From: Eledone cirrhosa | Lineage: Eukaryota | Assembly (NCBI GenBank): GCA_964016885.1 | Contig: OZ024746.1 | Span: forward strand, 44,826,001-44,890,000 | Reading direction: 5' to 3' | DNA: 64,000 nucleotides | Shown here: in pieces, positions 57,820 to 64,000 of the stretch | Layout: every line of letters starts with the position of its first letter | Position numbering within the stretch: position 1 is the stretch's first letter | Made by a program: the position numbers and the translations under genes | The notes under the pieces: model-generated | Databases searched by the model: none | What the model was told of the DNA's origin: nothing | The model's input: the letters and a program-made list of their open reading frames with translations, nothing else

Positions 57820-58870
57820 TTATCCGTATGGTGAGCAAATGGGATCCCACGTGCTGGCCTCTCCACAAGTACCGGCGGACAGAATGGAGAAGGTGTTTCC
57901 ACGGAGGATAATAAGGGAGAAGCGCTGGAAGAGCCATTCCAACTCGCGAGGCTCACACCCGCAGCTGGCCATCTCAGCGCCTATTGTGGTGGTGAATAGG
58001 GAGGTAGCCATGGGCCAATGACACCTGAAGTCGCCACTGCCAACGGCACGACCGTGAACCTGTCGGAGAGTGACCGGTACTTGGAGAGTTTGGCATCCTC
58101 AGCTCGACGTGCAGCACTACCTGGGTTAGTCGCAGACTGCACCAGTTTGCGGCTGGGAAGTATCGCTGCAAGTGGCATCCCATACGAGGGGTTTACAACC
58201 GCGGAACGGGAAGATAGTCATATCGTCTGGCCTTTTGCCGTCCCCTCGGTCCAGCACCACCGGCTCGAGCTGGGAAGGGAAACCTGCAGCGTCCAAGCCA
58301 TGCTTTATGACCTCCTTGAGGGCAGCATGGCGTGGAAGGTCGCCGGCACTGTATCGACAGGAAAGCGGGTGGAGGCTAAAAGAGTCCACGGTGGATCCAC
58401 AGCGACATTTATGTGGCTTGCAGATCCGGAGTCCAAGCCTCAAGGAAACGCCGATGCGCAGGCTATCCAGATGCGTGCCAGTGGAGAAGGAGGGCAAGGC
58501 ATGGAGCCAAGCCCCACTGTTGGGTTTGGAGGCCACGCGAAAACAGGCAACGCGTTGCTGGTCGAAATGGCGCGTGAACCTGTCAGAGGCCATGCTACAC
58601 AGGATGGCATCCGAAATGCTTTGGATGGACTTGACGACAGCAGGGGGAGGAGGACGGACGTCTACTGGGCTAAGTCCCAACCGGTCCCACGTCTCACAGG
58701 CGGCCTCACGTTCCCTGATCACAGAGGGTTTCATTGGGATTTGAAGAACCCTGCTGGTGAGGAGGCGGCACGAGGTTACCGATGTAAAAAACGCCGGCAA
58801 AGCCAGCGAGATCGGGGACCGGAGCGAAGGTTCGAAACACCAGTGATCCACAGAAGACAGCTGATAAGCG
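57820..58870 (-). mobile_element. CRE-like non-LTR retrotransposon 3' fragment (zinc knuckle + restriction-like endonuclease), frameshifted
   Basis: SGAWLHALP...LRLG...CRCG...HPLSC...RHAALKEVI...EP...GKRPD...WDATC; K.SKY and FQRFSLIILRGN continue in shifted frames. GC-rich. Confidence 0.8.
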
Positions 58871-60854
58871 GGAATTGTCCTTGTCTTTCTCTTTCTCTTA
58901 CGTTATCTACACACACACACACACACACATGTACATATATGTGCGTATATGTGTATGTGTGTGAGAGAGAGACAGAGTGTATGTATGGTGTGTATACTTT
59001 TGCTAGTATTTGTATGATTTGATAATACATACTATGTTTGTTTAATGCAGGAGGGGAATATCGTATAACTGGGCAAATGGAAATGGTTTTTATATATTTC
59101 AAATACGAAAATGTATATAGTTTAAGTTTTAAAAATATATAGTTTAAGTTTTAAAAATAAATATGTAAACAACTTCACCTGTTCACCCAAATATTTCTTT
59201 TCGAGGAACTCTAAATAAACAGGATGATAAAGTTTAAAATTTCGAATAAAATTTCTTTCCGAAATTGATTTAGTTCATCAAATTACTGAGGGCGCATTTC
59301 ATCTTAAAATAATAGCAGCGATTAGAAGACAACAATATATGCGATATATATTTTCTAAATTGTTTTAGTAATTTATTTTCCTTTTCCATATTATGGCTCT
59401 GATGTTTATATTTAATATATCACTATTATTTAATAAAGTTCGGGTTATTATATTAAAGGCGTTTGATGATAAATCGTAAATTGTAATATTTTTCGTTTTC
59501 AATATAAAAACACCTTTCTGCGCAAATAATTAGTTGCTCTCTTTACAACTTATCGTTGTCTATTCCTTTCATTTTATATCACCCCCCCCCCCTCACACAC
59601 ACACACACACACTCCCTCTTTCTCTCTCTTTCTATTACTCACCTTTTTGAATCTCTTTTTTCAAAACGCTAACTCACTCCCTCAAACAGTTATAACTACT
59701 GTCACCCCCCACCTCCTGCTCCATTTTTGCTATTTTTAAAACACATTCTCGTTATGCTCACACAAAAAGCATTCGCGCGCATATATTCACAGGCAAATGA
59801 ACACATAAAATTTCATTTTCTATCTCTTCATGTTTTTCGCATCCCTTTATTTATTGATGTTTTGATCCATCCTTATCTTCGAAATAAAGTTGAAATAATT
59901 GGTTTTTATACGGATTATATTTAACTTAGAAACTACAAAAACGAATGAAACAATTTTATGTAATTCTAGAATATCCAAACTAAACAATATTGAATTAAAT
60001 TGGGCTGATATTTAATCCAAGATTTAATGAAGTTTCAGCTAGTTTCACAAACTGGTTCATAATGTTACGATAAGCAAAGTCCATTACTGAGTTTGTTAAG
60101 TGATAATTATATATAAGCTCAGAAATATCAGTTTTGGAATTGACAGTTGATTGCATGTTCTGTCGCGATGTGGAGAGCTAAATATTCTTATTCGCTTGGA
60201 GATCGTCAAATAAATAGGTGACCATGGTGATATTTGAACGCAGAACAAAGAGCAACGGAACAAATTCCGCAAGTCTTATGCATTCGCGATTTGGCAAAAC
60301 ATAACTCATTTGGCGAAATAGGAAAGAATATTTTTCTTTTCGTTTAGCTAATTCAACCCTGATCGAGCAGATTTATGCTTAATAACGTTCCAGCTGTGGC
60401 CATTCATTTTATATCTTAGAATACATAGTCAGTTTCCGATTTTATAAAGATGATAGTTTGTGATTTGAGGTAGGATTATTTGGCTATTTCTAGTCAATAG
60501 AATAACTGCATAGTTGCCCACACATTAGTTCTATTTATAATTTAATTGGCAGGCGAAACGTCTCTTATGTTTTAACAAACACAAATAATCAGTCTGTTAC
60601 CAACAATTTCAAACACAATAAAAATACAAATTTACAAAATAGTTATAAACTCTACAAAGTAAAGCGTAATTTGAAGTATTTTTACATAATATTGTACATC
60701 CACATCTTATGCGGATTATATTTTCAAGAATATTTGTAAAAAACTAAAAATATTTCTAAATGGTTTCTAGTAGCAGTAAAATAAATATTAATTGTTCGAT
60801 GAAAATCCATACCCATACTACAGTCTAACATTTATTATCATTTATCTAATGATA

Positions 60855-60889
<35 letters not shown>

Positions 60890-61139
60890 TGGTGTAGGAT
60901 GCTTAGAGCGTCCGTATGCGGTAGGCCGTTTGAGCACTCGATGCTCTCATAGAGCAGAGTTTGATATCACAAAAAAAAAAGAAAAATCTGCTTCGTAGAA
61001 TCAAGACGTATCACAGGACCTTGCGATTTTCAGAGTCAGGCTCGGTCATCACCTCAATCTTGCCTCGAGCTGGTCGCCATAGAAACGATTGTAATATGTC
61101 CAATAAATTCCATTCGTCGCAACAATGATTCTCTTTCTT

Positions 61140-61197
<58 letters not shown>

Positions 61198-61212
61198 TAC
61201 AGACACACACAG

Positions 61213-61314
<102 letters not shown>

Positions 61315-62405
61315 ATGTATGTGTGTGTCACATATATATATATATGTGTGTGTGTGTGTATGAGGATACGACAACAATATGTTACATGTTATCATAGGTA
61401 CAGAGACAAAAATAGACATTTGCAGACAAATAACTTGATTAATTTGTTCCTTTGAGAATTACCTTTCTAGATCTCATGCATGTAGACATAATTTTATACA
61501 AATTATTTTATACAAATCATTTATACTTTCAGGTCAAGCCTGGCTTGTTTACCTCGTTAGGTAAATTTTACATTCGAAGCCAGATCATATATTTACCTGT
61601 TATACATAGATAGTTTAAATTAAATGATTATTATTTCCAGTTTATTTTGAGTGACACTACGATCGGTGCAATACGTTGTTTAATGTGCACAGAGAAATAT
61701 CACAAATTAAAGAATTGCGTGAAGAATTTGAATTTTATGAACTTTTGTTTAAGTAATTACAAACACCAGAGGTTTTTTCAGATGCTGGAAGAGAATATCT
61801 ATGTCACAATACCACCAATACATATGAGAAGGTAGCCGTTATATATAATGTATGCAGCTGCCTTCTACACAAAATATCTTGCAAAATAATTATCCAGACA
61901 GCGGTGTGAGATAACTTTTAATAAACACGCAGATGTTAAAACCTCGCATTTTCGTAAATATTTACCCAAATACAGAAACTACTCTTCATACAAATATGGG
62001 ATATTCAGAAGATTATTTGGAATACTTGGTCGTCAATTAATTTTTTTACCTGAGTATATATATATAATTTGTCCTATACATTTTCACGTAGACGTAATAT
62101 TTTAGTCAACCATTAAATGATTTAGTTTCTGGTAAGATCCCACATTGATTATACTTTCGTAAACAGTATACAGGTTACGGCATCCAATCACATTCTAAAC
62201 CTCATTAATATCCTGTTTATTTATTATTATATCAAAGAAAAGATAATGATTCTGATCGTCCATAGCTATTTTGACTAATGGGATTCATTTTGGTTGATGC
62301 ACAGCTTAAGCATCTATAGGTCATAGTTTTCCGTAGGGTAGGTCACTCGTGAAGGCAAACGTTCTGAGAATGGTTATTTTTTAAAGTAAGGCTTCTGAGA
62401 CACAA

Positions 62406-62592
62406 TAATTGTTTCTACTTTTGGCACAAGGCCAGCAATTATCCCAGTGTATTACTGGTACTTTATTTTATCGACCCCGTAATGATGAAAGGCAAAGTTA
62501 ACCTCGGCGGGATTTGAACTCAGAATGGCAAGGGCCGTAACTCTATGCGTCAAAGCATGGCGTCCGACCCTCTGCCGATACTGCCAATCCAC
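62406..62592 (-). mobile_element. tRNA-derived SINE
   Basis: Reverse complement of the 1526-1716 element. Confidence 0.85.
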
Positions 62593-62639
62593 TACCCTAT
62601 AGTAAATAATATTTACTAAAAAATATGCGGGTGTGCCAG

Positions 62640-63160
62640 GTAGAATTTGGAGGAGGATGTTTCTTCTGTCTAAATAATTGTTCATATCATCTTCTCACAA
62701 CACTTAAATCATTAACTAAACATTTTTGTTCAGGCCACAACTTACATTCCAGGCTGACCCAGAAAATTAGTGTCTGTGTTTGTGTAGAATACTCTTTGCA
62801 GACTTCCAATTACTCTCTTCTAACTTTAAGGAAGCAGATACTAGAAATCATAAAATAGGACAGAAACACATGTTGATGGATAAGTGATCAAACCAAATAT
62901 AAAATAACAAAATATATTAAGCAGATTAGGTGAGCATAGCATGTGGTAGGCACAAATGATCACGGACGGATACAGTTTTGTAATGAATGGAAATCGAGGC
63001 GGACTGGTGTATGAAGTCAAAGAAGAAAGAGTATAAGGTAAATAAATGAGATCGATATATTTATGGGCAATATATGGATCAGGGTGATGAAGGACAGAAA
63101 CAGATGGTACTATCTTGGTAGAGACGTATTCCTTGCAGAGTGTAGTTAATTGCTAAGTAT
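62640..63160 (+). mobile_element. Degenerate RTE-like LINE 3' fragment
   Basis: Weak RTE-like peptide traces (ILEIIK..., WISDQTK, WIRVMKDRNRW). Confidence 0.35.
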
Positions 63161-64000
63161 GGTGATGGTGATGATATTAAAGTTATTAATATATGTATGT
63201 TTATGAACTGAAAATATGTATTTCAGCTGTAGAATGCCAGTCCGTAAAATTCCATTTTACGTTTCATGAAGAAAACTATTGGATAATACAAACACTTTTC
63301 AATACCCTAACGGATATACAATCAGGTTAGTAGACACAGCTATTTAACAATACAGAAACAAATTTAATTCATTTTATATAACAGGTCCTACCTAAATTAA
63401 AATCAATGAAATAAGAGATAGTCTATATAATCTACGTTCATCCTGGCTATACAAATTATGTGAATACCGTAAAAACAAACACTCACATGTAAGAACACAT
63501 CATATAGTAAGCTTATTTATAAACTAAAACTAAAATATATTACAGAAATACCATACTTAAAAAACCTCCTCATTAACGAGCCCAAAAGGTGCTGAACAAA
63601 CCTCTTATTTGGAAATGTATATGTATATATATAAGAAAATACAAAATATCGTTAACAAACAAATAACAGTAAAGTTCTAGATATGATTTAATCATGTTCT
63701 CTCTCAAACAAATTGTACCAATAGTTAAGAAAATTATCTCAAAAAATTGTGCTAATATTTGTTTGAGATGATTTTCTTAATTATGTAAAATATATAGACA
63801 GAAAATATATGAATTTCGACAAAGCTATTAGTTAATTGTGTACTGCATCTATACATTTTCCTGCAGATGTGTCAATAAAATCATGTACAACAGTAATAAT
63901 TACACCAATGTATAAAGTAATTTTCATGTCGGTGCCGAACAACACTGGGTGTAAAAGTTCAGTTACTTCTTTCAGGAGACCAAATTTCGGTAGAACAAGC

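Noticed and set aside
58018-59022. 334-aa plus-strand ORF, the longest in the window
   Set aside because: Antisense shadow of the GC-rich CRE-like retrotransposon ORF, running into a microsatellite.
63960-64000. Possible splice acceptor ttctttcag|GAGACC at the window edge
   Set aside because: Too little downstream sequence to support an exon.

Overview
AT-rich, microsatellite-dense eukaryotic non-coding DNA with no convincing host gene. The SINE family and the repeat landscape suggest an octopod cephalopod (inference). The window is a retroelement graveyard: Penelope-like elements (PLEs) with GIY-YIG/RT remnants, LINE fragments (RTE, L1/Tx1-like, R4/Dong-like, CRE-like, RT+RNase H), a deleted mariner and five copies of one SINE. 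The main hidden signal is RNA-level. By eye I find more than 20 complete or partial hammerhead-ribozyme (HHR) motifs from about 10 unrelated repeat families. Most sit in 420-650 bp partial-tandem or inverted repeats embedded in (TA)n tracts (PLE pseudo-LTR / retrozyme-like units). The most striking is a ~100-nt motif found in three diverged repeat families (3065-3165 and 3573-3673 minus, 17605-17706 minus, 55186-55287 plus). It carries all hammerhead catalytic elements in a non-circularly permuted order (cleavage strand -> GAAA strand -> CUGAUGA strand), with extra helices and compensatory base changes in nearly every stem. All structures were read manually; none was folded computationally or tested.
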